From an uncultured Chloroflexia bacterium (GTDB taxonomy: Bacteria > Chloroflexota > Limnocylindria > QHBO01): DNA of 64,000 bases. The stretch lies in assembly GCA_963814375.1 (NCBI GenBank), contig CAWFCQ010000003.1:128001-192000 (forward strand), written 5' to 3'. Shown in pieces: positions 40,051 to 48,984 of the stretch. Numbering within the stretch: position 1 is the stretch's first letter; the number at the start of each line of letters is the position of its first letter. The notes under the pieces were generated by a model, which was given only the letters and a program-made list of their open reading frames with translations, was not told where the DNA came from and ran no database searches. The position numbers were made by a program, and so were the translations under genes.

Positions 40051-41181
40051 TCAGGAGGCGGTCCGCACCGGCATGATGACGTGGACGTAGTCGTCCTTGC
40101 CGATGCCGCGGATTACGCCCGGAGCGAGCGGCCCGGAGAGCTCGAGCGCGGCCTCATCGGCTCCCAGGGCGCTGAGCACATCGATCAGGTAGCGCGCGTT
40201 GAACGCGATCGCCGTCGGCGACCCCTCGATGGCCGCCTCGACCGTATCGGCGTTGTCACCGACGTCAGCCGCGTGGGCGGTGATCGCCACCCCTGTGGCT
40301 TCGCCGTTGTCGCCACCGAGCTCGATCTTCACGATGTTCGCGCTGTCGCGAGCGAAGATCGATGCGCGTCGCGTGCCCGCCAGGAACGATTCTCGATCGA
40401 TCACCGCGCGTGAGCTGTGGCTGGTCGGGATGACCGGCTCGTAGTTCGGGAACTGTCCCTCGATCAGCCGGCTGACGAGATCGGTGCCCTCGACGTGGAA
40501 GAGCACCTGGCTCTTGTTCGGCGTGACGGTGATCTCGATCGGCTGCTCCGCATCGGGGAGGATCCGGATGAGCTCGGCGTACGAGCGCCCGGGCACGACG
40601 ATCGTCACCTCCGGTGAGACGGGCTTGTCGAGCGTCAGGGTGCGCACCGCGATCCGGTAGTTGTCGGCGGCGGCCAGGGTCATGGAGTCGCCGCTGAGCT
40701 TCGTCAGGACGCCGGTCAGGATCGGACGGCTCTCGTCGCTGGCGGCGGCGAAGACGACCTCGCCCAGGGCCTCGCGCAGGACACGGGCGTCGACGCTGGT
40801 GGCCGGCGTCTCGCCGATGGCGGCGACCACAGGGAACTCGTCTGCCTCGATGCCCTTGATCGACGACCGGTTGTTGCCGCAGGTCAGCTTCAGCGTCCGA
40901 TCCTTGGGGGAGAGAACGAGGTCGATCTTCTGGTTGGGCAACGAGGTGACGAGGTCGGTGAGAAGCTTGGCCGGCACCGTGATCTCGCCCTCTTCGGAGA
41001 CCTTCCCCGGCACCCAGCAGTTGATCCCGATCTCGAGGTTGGTTGCGGTCAGCTTCAGGCCCGAGTTTTCGGTCTTGAGCAGCACGTTGGCCAGCACCGG
41101 AAGCGTGGCTCGGCTGCTCACCGCCCGGCTCACGGTCTGGAGCCCACGCGCCAGGTTCTCCTGCATCACCGAGACGTTCAT
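40051..41181 (-). CDS. dnaN: DNA polymerase III beta clamp
   Basis: ATNLEIGI, ESRPILTG, SRLIEGQFPNY and VIMPVR motifs. Confidence 0.98.
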   Translation of the reverse strand: MNVSVMQENLARGLQTVSRAVSSRATLPVLANVLLKTENSGLKLTATNLEIGINCWVPGKVSEEGEITVPAKLLTDLVTSLPNQKIDLVLSPKDRTLKLTCGNNRSSIKGIEADEFPVVAAIGETPATSVDARVLREALGEVVFAAASDESRPILTGVLTKLSGDSMTLAAADNYRIAVRTLTLDKPVSPEVTIVVPGRSYAELIRILPDAEQPIEITVTPNKSQVLFHVEGTDLVSRLIEGQFPNYEPVIPTSHSSRAVIDRESFLAGTRRASIFARDSANIVKIELGGDNGEATGVAITAHAADVGDNADTVEAAIEGSPTAIAFNARYLIDVLSALGADEAALELSGPLAPGVIRGIGKDDYVHVIMPVRTAS

Positions 41182-41545
41182 GCCGACCTCAACTCCTCAC
41201 CCCGGAGGGATCGACTTGTCCACGTTGGGCCTCGATCCTCCATCGGTTCATCCTAAGAATATCCATTCGTCGTCGTCTCTCGTAGGCGTGTTGATCGTGT
41301 GGACGATGAGGCCGTGGCCGGTCGTGGTCGAGCGTGCCGCCCGGGTGCGGAAAAGCCCTCGCCGGTGGTGGAAGGAAGGCCTCGAACTACGCACGGGTGG
41401 CGGACAAGCGAGCCAGTTTGGTGGACGGAGCCTAGTCCGTCCCCTCCCAACGCGCGCCGATTGTCCACATTAGGCCCGAGATATCCACCAGATCGGGCCA
41501 CTTTTCCACCATTCAGCGCGGTTTGCGGCGTCCGATCCGGCCGGC
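41182..41545. other. Replication origin oriC (dnaA-dnaN intergenic)
   Basis: DnaA-box-like 9-mers TTGTCCACG 41216, TGTGGACGA 41298, GGCGGACAA 41399, TTGTCCACA 41461, ATATCCACC 41481, TTTTCCACC 41502; AT-richer patch about 41247-41267. Confidence 0.8.
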
Positions 41546-42892
41546 TCACTCGGAGTAGATCATCTCCCGCACTGCGCTGATCTCGCGGCGCATCTCGTCG
41601 TTCTCGCTCAGCTCGCGCGCGATCTTGTCGCAGGCATGGAGCACGGTCGAGTGATCGCGCCCCCCGAGCTCGGCGCCGATACGGAGGAGGCTGATGTCGG
41701 TCTCCTCGCGGATGAGGAACATCGCAATCTGGCGGGGGACGACGATGGCGCGGTCGCGCTTCGAGGAGCGCAGCTGGTCCAGGTTGACGCCGTAGTAGTC
41801 GGCGACCGCGCGGACGATGCGCTGCGGCGTGATCGACTTCTTTCGCGGGTTGTACATCACGTTGCTGAGCACGGCGGAGGCGAGCTCGATGTTCACCGGC
41901 ATGCCGCTCATCGACGCGTAGGCCACGACGCGGTTGAGCGCGCCCTCCAGCTCGCGGACGTTGCTCACCACCTTGCGCGCGATGAACTCGATCACCTCCG
42001 ACGGGATGAGATGGAGCTGGTCCTCCGCCTTGCTGCGCAGGATGGCGATGCGCGTCTCGAGGTCGGGCGGCGTCAGGTCCGCGATGAGGCCCCACTCGAA
42101 GCGGCTGCGCAGCCGCTCCTCGAGGGTCGTGATCGCCTTGGGTGGCCGATCCGAGCTGAGCACGACCTGCTTGCCGGCCTCGTGGATCGCGTTGAAGGTG
42201 TGGAAGAACTCTTCCTGGGTCCGCTCGCGTTCGGCGATGAACTGGATGTCGTCGATCAGCAGCACATCGATGCGCCGATATCGGCCTCGGAAGTCCTCCA
42301 TCTTCTGCTCGCGGATGGAGTTGATGAAGTCGTTGGTGAACTTCTCGCTCGTCGCGTACAGGATCCGCTTGCGCGGGAACTTCGCCGAGACCGCATTGCC
42401 GATGGCGTGCATGAGGTGCGTCTTGCCGAGGCCGACCCCGCCGTACAGAAACAGCGGGTTGTAGGCGTGACCCGGGCGCTCGGCGACGCTGAGGGCCGCG
42501 GCATGGGCAAGCCGGTTGGCGGAGCCGACGATGAAGTTGTTGAAGGTGTAGCGGCTGTTCAGGTTGAGCGCGTTGCCGCCCGCAGAGAGCGGTGGCATCG
42601 GCACCTGCGCGTCTTCGTCGACCTGGTCCGGAAGCGGGCCGGCGGCATCGGCGACGACGAACTCGACCTGGACCGATCCACCCACCACGCGGGCCAGCGT
42701 CTGGCTGATCAGGGGCCGATAGCGGTTGTCGAGCCAGTCACGAGCGAAGCCGTTGGGTGCGGAGATGCGGTATCGGTTCTCCTCGATCTCCACCAGCTGC
42801 GTGTCCTTGAGCCAGGTCTCGAAGTTGGCCGGGGAGAGGGACACCTGCAGCTCGCCGAGGGCGGCGCGCCACACCTGCTTCGCTTCCATCAA
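41546..42892 (-). CDS. dnaA: Chromosomal replication initiator DnaA
   Basis: YNPLFLYGGVGLGKTHL, LLIDDIQF, SNVRELEGAL and GGRDHSTV motifs. Confidence 0.99.
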   Translation of the reverse strand: MMEAKQVWRAALGELQVSLSPANFETWLKDTQLVEIEENRYRISAPNGFARDWLDNRYRPLISQTLARVVGGSVQVEFVVADAAGPLPDQVDEDAQVPMPPLSAGGNALNLNSRYTFNNFIVGSANRLAHAAALSVAERPGHAYNPLFLYGGVGLGKTHLMHAIGNAVSAKFPRKRILYATSEKFTNDFINSIREQKMEDFRGRYRRIDVLLIDDIQFIAERERTQEEFFHTFNAIHEAGKQVVLSSDRPPKAITTLEERLRSRFEWGLIADLTPPDLETRIAILRSKAEDQLHLIPSEVIEFIARKVVSNVRELEGALNRVVAYASMSGMPVNIELASAVLSNVMYNPRKKSITPQRIVRAVADYYGVNLDQLRSSKRDRAIVVPRQIAMFLIREETDISLLRIGAELGGRDHSTVLHACDKIARELSENDEMRREISAVREMIYSE

Positions 42893-42999
42893 TCGAGCTT
42901 CTCCGGATCGGTCTGCGGCGTCGCCGCGAGGGGCTGTGATGAGTCCGCCACCGGTCCACGGGGGACCTCGATCGGGGCGTCGGGGCCGGAGGTCGGGCC

Positions 43000-43008
43000 A
43001 CTATAGCA
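43000..43008 (-). promoter_or_regulatory. Extended -10 promoter for dnaA
   Basis: Minus strand TGC-TATAGT about 110 nt upstream of dnaA. Confidence 0.55.
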
Positions 43009-43080
43009 GCGGCCCTTTCGGCGGGGCAACGAAACGCCGACATCCGGCGCGGCGACGGCTCGCATGGGTCCGCGCCGGGG

Positions 43081-43260
43081 TCGCGATCGATCGCAATAGC
43101 TTCACCGGAGCCGCTCGGGAGGCTGCGTTCCCGCGATTGATCGCGGTCGGTGACGCACGAACGACACCCCGAGGTGCTCCTCGTGCGTGCCGGGTCGCGA
43201 TACATCGAGGGAACCGTGCCCAGCATCGGGCTCTGGTGCATCGGCCGAGATGGATCGCGA
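43081..43260 (+). repeat. ~180-bp dispersed element A, copy 2
   Basis: Cores at 43082, 43132, 43196 and 43246; homologous to 7660-7840 (inverted). Confidence 0.85.
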
Positions 43261-43267
43261 AGGGCAT

Positions 43268-43383
43268 CCGATCTATCGGACATTCCTTCGCACGAACGGG
43301 GCCTCCCGTGCGGTCCTGGTGCATATATCGGTCGATTCGTCGCGCAGGCCAGGGTCCGTGTGAAGTTCTGACCGATCTATCGG
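43268..43383 (+). repeat. 116-bp dispersed element B, copy 1
   Basis: Bounded by CCGATCTATCGG at both ends; ungapped alignment to 62934-63049, 79/116 identical by hand count. Confidence 0.87.
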
Positions 43384-43418
43384 CACCTCCACCGGCCGAT
43401 GAAGGGCTTCGTCGAGGT

Positions 43419-43447
43419 TTGACCCACCCCTCCCCCACAAGTAGAAT
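43419..43447 (+). promoter_or_regulatory. Sigma70 promoter of the rpmH operon
   Basis: TTGACC-17 nt-TAGAAT. Confidence 0.75.
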
Positions 43448-43561
43448 CCGGCGCAAAGCGGAACGGGCCACCGAGTTCTGATGTGCAGGCTGGCGGAGCG
43501 CCAGCCATTCGTGTGTGATGGCCCGGATCGTCAATGCTGAACGAGGAAACGGCACGCACCC

Positions 43562-43696
43562 ATGAAGAGGACGTATCAGCCCAAGAAGCGCGCGCGCAAG
43601 CGCGAGCATGGCTTCATGGCTCGGATGGCGACCAAGGGTGGTCGTCGCGTGCTCGCTCGTCGTCGAGCCAAGGGGCGCAAGCGGCTGACCGCCTGA
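43562..43696 (+). CDS. rpmH: 50S ribosomal protein L34 (missing from the ORF track)
   Basis: Hand translation [44 protein letters not shown]. Confidence 0.98.
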   Translation: MKRTYQPKKRARKREHGFMARMATKGGRRVLARRRAKGRKRLTA

Positions 43697-43715
43697 CCGC
43701 CGGGCCTGCGAAGAC

Positions 43716-44051
43716 GTGCCCGTGCTGCCGACACTTCGGCGCCGCGCGGACTTCGAGGCGATCGGCCGTGATGGCACCGCTCGCTCGACACCGCTGCTGG
43801 TCCTGCGCTCTCTGCGGACCGATCGGGCCGAGACGCGGATCGGGCTGTCGACGCCGCGGACGCTCGGGGGCGCCGTTCAGCGCAATCGGGTTCGTCGCCG
43901 TCTGCGCGAGCTGCTCCGAGAGCGGCTCGGGAGCACGATCGGTCCCGGGTGGGACCTGCTCCTCATCGCGAGGCCGGGGGCCGGCGAGGCAAGCCAGGCG
44001 GAGCTGGGTGCCGCGATCGACGCGCTCCTGGCTCGGTCGGAGGTCGGATGA
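43716..44051 (+). CDS. rnpA: Ribonuclease P protein component
   Basis: LRRRADF, RIGLS and [14 protein letters not shown] motifs. Confidence 0.95.
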   Translation: MPVLPTLRRRADFEAIGRDGTARSTPLLVLRSLRTDRAETRIGLSTPRTLGGAVQRNRVRRRLRELLRERLGSTIGPGWDLLLIARPGAGEASQAELGAAIDALLARSEVG

Positions 44052-44254
44052 AGAGCATCGGGCTGGGATTGATCGTGGTCTACCAGAAGCTGACCCGCTG
44101 GATGCCACCCAGCTGCCGCTACTCGCCGACCTGCTCCGCGTACACCTACCAGGCCATCGACCGATACGGACTGGTGCGCGGCTCCTGGATGGGAGCCAAG
44201 CGCATCGGTCGATGCAACCCCTTCCATCCGGGCGGCTACGACCCGGTCCGCTAG
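44048..44254 (+). CDS. yidD: Membrane protein insertion efficiency factor
   Basis: [10 protein letters not shown]...[16 protein letters not shown] motif. Confidence 0.96.
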   Translation: MKSIGLGLIVVYQKLTRWMPPSCRYSPTCSAYTYQAIDRYGLVRGSWMGAKRIGRCNPFHPGGYDPVR

Positions 44255-44270
44255 ACGAGAGACGACCGAT

Positions 44271-45401
44271 TTGACCCCGATCATCGGCGCAGGTTTCCTG
44301 GGGATCGAGCATTTCAACCCGCCGTGGGACATCTTCTTCCTCCCGCTCTTCAACCTGCTCATCGGTCTCACCGAGATCCCGTTCTTCGACTTCGCCCTGG
44401 CGATCATCGTCTTCACGATCCTGATCCGCACCCTGCTGGCGCCACTCTTCGTCCGCCAGATCCGCTCGCAGAAGGAGATGCAGCGGATGCAGCCGTTGGT
44501 GAGGGAGGTCCAGCGGAAGCACAAGGGCAACCGCCAGAAGACGTACGAGGAGACGCAGGCCCTCTACCGCGAGCACGGCGTCAATCCGGCCGCCGGCTGC
44601 CTCCCCGTCGTCCTCCAGCTGCCGATCCTGTTCGCCCTCTACCAGGCGCTGATCCGCGCGTCGGGCGTGGTCCAGGGCTTCACCGTGAACGACGGCAACC
44701 GGGCCGCCTTCGATGCCCTCCAGTCAGAGGGCCTGATCCAGGCCAGCAGCGTCGCCAACGAGTACATCGTCCAGGTCTCCGGTCCCTGCAACCTGCCGGA
44801 GTTCTCCACGCTGCCGCAGTTCCTGCCGTTGAACTGCCAGCTCATCGACCCGATCAAGCTGAGCCAACCGGTCGACACGACGGTCGCCTGGATGTTCGGG
44901 CTCGACCTGGCCAGGGTCGACCATGTCTTCGGGATCCCGATCCTCGGGTTCACCCTCTCCGCGCTGGCCATCACTGCCGCAATCCTGCAGTTCGTGCAGG
45001 TCAAGATGACGAGCCCGCGACCGAACGCGGACGATCCCACCTCCGGGATGACGAGCACGATGACGTACACGTTCCCGTTGCTCACCATCTTCTGGGGTGG
45101 CATCTTCCCGAGCGGCCTGATCCTCTACTGGATCGTGTACACCGCGTACCTGGTGATCCAGCAGTACCTCATCATGGGCTGGGGCAACCTCTTCCCCCTC
45201 TTCGGCTGGTCGCCCTCGTGGGCGTCATCACCGGCGACCGGGATCACCCCCGCGGCGCGACCCAAGCCGGCAGCAGCCGCCGCCGGGTCCGCGGCAACCC
45301 CCCAAGCCCCGAACCCAAGCGCCCCAGCGACGGGCGGCAGCGGTAACCCGCGGCCCGCGAACCGCAAGGGCAGCTCCAAGCGACGAGGCCGAAAGAGATG
45401 A
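44271..45401 (+). CDS. yidC: YidC/Oxa1 insertase (short monoderm type)
   Basis: AIIVFTILIRTLLAPL, GVNPAAGCLP and PSGLILYW motifs. Confidence 0.95.
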   Translation: MTPIIGAGFLGIEHFNPPWDIFFLPLFNLLIGLTEIPFFDFALAIIVFTILIRTLLAPLFVRQIRSQKEMQRMQPLVREVQRKHKGNRQKTYEETQALYREHGVNPAAGCLPVVLQLPILFALYQALIRASGVVQGFTVNDGNRAAFDALQSEGLIQASSVANEYIVQVSGPCNLPEFSTLPQFLPLNCQLIDPIKLSQPVDTTVAWMFGLDLARVDHVFGIPILGFTLSALAITAAILQFVQVKMTSPRPNADDPTSGMTSTMTYTFPLLTIFWGGIFPSGLILYWIVYTAYLVIQQYLIMGWGNLFPLFGWSPSWASSPATGITPAARPKPAAAAAGSAATPQAPNPSAPATGGSGNPRPANRKGSSKRRGRKR

Positions 45402-46428
45402 CATTCCGAGAGTTCACCGGCAAGAACGTTGAAGAGGCGATCCGCGCCGCCATGGCCGAGTTCAGCTCGGACCTCGGCGACCTGGATATCGAGATCCTCG
45501 CCCAGGGCAGTCGCAGCATCCTCGGGGTGGGCGGCGAGGAGGCGCGCATCCTGGCCGCGCCGAAGTCGGCGGTGGCCGCCGCCGAGACGGTTCGAGCCGA
45601 TGCGCCGGCCGCCGAGTCGACGCCCGACACCGAGCCGGCGCCTGACATCGAGGTGATGCCCGAAGCGCCCGCGGTGACGCGCCCGCCGGCGACGCACCAG
45701 CCGAGCCCGCATCCGAGGCGTTCGAGCCCCTCGCTTCGTCCGATGCGGACGACCAGGTCGCGGAGCTCGCCGCCGCCGAGTCGGCCAGGCGCCCCCGTGG
45801 GACGCGCGGCCGCGGTGGAAGAGGAAGGAACGGACGAGAGCGCGAGCATGCCATCCGCGAGCCCCGCGGCGATCGACCCCCGCGGGAGCCCCGTGGCGAC
45901 CGCCCGATGCGGGAGCCCGCTCCCTTCGTCTCGGGCAAGCCAAGCGAGGAGCTGAGCGACGAGGAGCGCGCGACGCTCGACACGGCGAAGACCGTCCTCG
46001 AGGAGATGCTCGGGCTCATGCAGCTGTCAGGCACCGTCGAGATCGCCCGCGGTGGCGAGACAGCCCGCCTGAACGTGAAGGGCGATGACCTCGGCGCGCT
46101 GATCGGCCGCCGCGGTGAGCGGTTGGCGAGCCTCCAGCACATCGTCAACCTGATCGTCGGTCGTCGCGAGGGTCAGCATCACCGCATCGCGATCGACGTC
46201 GAGAACTACCGCGGGCGTCGTGAGGAGCAGCTGAGGGACGTCGCCGACCGCGCCGCGAAGCGGGTGGTCCAGAGCGGCAAGATCATCCAGCTCGAGGCGA
46301 TGCCCGCCGTCGAGCGCCGCGTCGTCCATATGGCCCTGCTCGAGAATCCGAAGGTCAGGACGCAGAGTGTCGGCGTCGAGCCCAATCGACGCATCGTCGT
46401 GCTTCCCGCCAGCCAGGTGAAGGAGTAG
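45398..46428 (+). CDS. jag: Jag/EloR/KhpB RNA-binding protein; frameshift near 45673
   Basis: Jag_N GKNVEEAI in one frame; KH LIGRRGERLASLQ and R3H ERRVVH in the other. Confidence 0.9.
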
Positions 46429-46435
46429 GCGGTCC

Positions 46436-46879
46436 GTGAGCCGCAGGGCGGCGGCGGTGACGGCGGCGGCCTGCGCCGTCGGGCGCCTGGGGGAGGACGG
46501 CCCGTGGATTGGCTTCGCCCCGACCCTCGACGACGGCTACGCCATCGTGGTGGGGTCGACGAGCGGGCCGTCGTATCGGTCTGACGCTGACGCGTCGGAC
46601 CTGCTCGCGCTGGCCCTCGTCTACTTCGAGGAGCCCTTCGACGCGCCACCGGACGAGATGGCGGCAACCCACGGCGACATCGGCGCCCTCGTGCGGCACG
46701 TTGCCGAGCACGAGGACGAGCCGTCGAGACGGCGCCTGGTGGACGACGTGGTCGATGCGGTCGATGACGGGCTCGCGGCCGAGGTCACGAGCGCCCGCCT
46801 GAGAAGGGCGCTCGGCGACGGATCCGAGCCGGTGGCCCGACTCCGTCGCCGCGTGGCAGAGCTGCTGAGTCGCGCCTGA
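46436..46879 (+). CDS. Hypothetical protein
   Basis: Protein-like composition, GC3-biased codons, AAGGAG just upstream, follows jag. Confidence 0.7.
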   Translation: MSRRAAAVTAAACAVGRLGEDGPWIGFAPTLDDGYAIVVGSTSGPSYRSDADASDLLALALVYFEEPFDAPPDEMAATHGDIGALVRHVAEHEDEPSRRRLVDDVVDAVDDGLAAEVTSARLRRALGDGSEPVARLRRRVAELLSRA

Positions 46880-46891
46880 GTCAGGCCCGGG

Positions 46892-47424
46892 TCACGCGCC
46901 GGGGCGGCTCTCGTCGTCTGCCGCGGCCGGCTCTGCGGAGGTCGCCGGCGGTGCCGGCGCGGCAGGCTCGGCCGGTGCCGCTGCGGGCGCTGCCGCTGAG
47001 TCAGCGGTGGCTGCCGTTGGTGCGGCGGAACCGGCCGCCGATGTGCCGATCTGGAACTTGCCGCCCTCGGCCTGGAACTCTCGCCATCCGGCCCAGGCGG
47101 CCACGAGCCCGCCCGCGACGGCGATCAGGAAGAAGAGATCGCGGAAGTTGAAGGCCGTGAAGATGGTCCCGATGTAGAGGAGCGCCGCGAGCACCAGCAC
47201 TGCGGCCGCGATCCCGCCGGTGAGCAGCATCAGGTTGCCGCGTGAGCCGGGCAGGTTCATCCCCGGCGACAGCTGCGGCAGCAGAACGACGCCGATGAGG
47301 GCGATCGCGGCGAGCACCGCAAGAACGGTGAGCCCGTAGCTGTACCCCACCAGGCCGCCGACGATGACGGCCGCAGCTCCGTAGACGGCAAGCTTTTCGT
47401 TCGATTGAGCTTCGAGAAGTCCAT
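46892..47424 (-). CDS. Hypothetical membrane protein; frameshift near 47401
   Basis: GGAGGG SD then MDFSKLN; continues NEKLAVYGAAAVIVGG in a shifted frame; Ala/Pro-rich tail. Confidence 0.7.
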
Positions 47425-47517
47425 AGGTACCAACACCCTCCGCTGCTGACTCGCCCCCTGACCGCCCGCGACCGTAGCACAGGCGCGCAACAGATCGGCC
47501 TCGAAGGCCGTGGCCTC

Positions 47518-48604
47518 TTAGTGCACGGCCAGCACGTTCGTGGCCGGCACCGGCCGGCTGAAGCCCTTCAGGCTCAGATCCCCGACCGACTCGACGTCCA
47601 CCAGCCCCTCGACCATGGCGTGCGCCCGCTGGCTCATGAGGATCTGGTCGGGCGCGGCCTGGCTGCTGAGCCGGGAGGCGAGGATCACGACGTTGCCGAT
47701 CGCGCCGTAGTCGTAGCGGCCCTCGAAGCCGATGCGTCCCATCGTGGCGTAGCCGACCGCGATGCCGATCCCGAGGCCGAGCTCATAGCCGCTGCGCTGC
47801 CACTCCTCGGCCAGCGGCCGGAACCGCGAGCGGATGACGGATGCCATGCGCACCGCCCGCTCGACGTGGTCCGGCTGCGGGGCCGGGTCGTTGAAGAAGC
47901 TCATCACGCCGTCGCCGGCGAAGTGCTCGAGCGTCCCGCCGTGCTCGGCGATCGCGTTCCCGATCATGGCGTGGTACGTGCCCAGCACGCCGAGCAGCTC
48001 CTCCGGATCGGCCTGCTCGGCGAACGTCGTAAAGCCGCGCAGGTCGCAGAAGACCGCGGTGATCTGGCGCCGGTGGCCGGAGAGCAGATGCTCGCCATCC
48101 GGCGACGAGACGAGCTCCGCGATCTGCGGCGATACGAAGCGGCTGAGCTCGGCACGCTGCCGCTCGATGGTGGCAGTGAGCGCGGTCTGCTTCTCGAGGT
48201 ACTCGATCTCGAGGTCGTGCACGCGCTTCGCCGCCAGCGACGCGTTGATGCGTGCGCCGAGGACCTTGGGCTCGATGGGCTTGACGAGGTAGTCGGTGGC
48301 GCCGAGCTCGATGCATCGAACTGCGCTGTCGATCTCCTCCACCCCGGAGACGACGATCACGGGAATGTGGCGGATCGTCTCGTCGGCCTTGATCGCAGCC
48401 AGCGTCTCGTACCCGTCCATCTCGGGCATCAGGACGTCGAGGAGGACCACGTCGAACTCCTGCGGCCGCTGCGCCCAGCCGAGCCAATGCCTCGAGCCCG
48501 TTCTCGACTTCGTCGACCTCGAGCCCGATCGTCTGGAGCAGGCGGGTGAGGACGATGCGATTCACCCGGCTGTCGTCGACGATGAGCGCGCGGCCGAGCG
48601 TCAT
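47518..48604 (-). CDS. Response regulator receiver + class III nucleotide cyclase; frameshift near 48477
   Basis: ALIVDDS...FDVVLLDVLMPEMDG...DYLVKP; VFCDLRGFT, FAGDG and GIGIAVG motifs. Confidence 0.88.
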
Positions 48605-48984
48605 CGACCGGCCTCCGACGCCCACGCGCGCAGCGCTTCGGAGGTTGCCTGCCAGTCCGCTGCGAGGGCCCCGGCATCGGTGCGGGTCGCCTCGTCATCG
48701 ATGGATCCGGAGCGGCCCGCCTCCTCGAGGCGCCGAGCGCGTGCGGAGAGCCGCATCGCCCCGACCGTCGCGCTGCTGGACTTGAGCGTGTGCGCCGGAC
48801 GCACGAGCGCCGCAGCGTCGCCCGCTGCGACGGCGGCCTCGATGGCGGCCAGGTGCGCGGTGCCATCGGCGAGGTAGGCGGTGATCAGCTCACCGACGAA
48901 GGCGGTGTCTCCCTCGACCGACTCGCGCACCTCCGACAGCGTCGCTTCGTCGAGGATCGGCAGCTCAGGCTCGGGCACGGGCAC
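48601..48984 (-). CDS. Hpt histidine phosphotransfer protein
   Basis: [13 protein letters not shown] motif. Confidence 0.92.
   Translation of the reverse strand: MPVPEPELPILDEATLSEVRESVEGDTAFVGELITAYLADGTAHLAAIEAAVAAGDAAALVRPAHTLKSSSATVGAMRLSARARRLEEAGRSGSIDDEATRTDAGALAADWQATSEALRAWASEAGR

Noticed and set aside
42893-43561. dnaA-rpmH gap as the main DnaA-box origin
   Set aside because: I found no convincing DnaA boxes here; they cluster between dnaA and dnaN
45398-46428. Programmed frameshift in jag
   Set aside because: No slippery motif; one added G restores an APAGD repeat, consistent with the other probable sequencing indels
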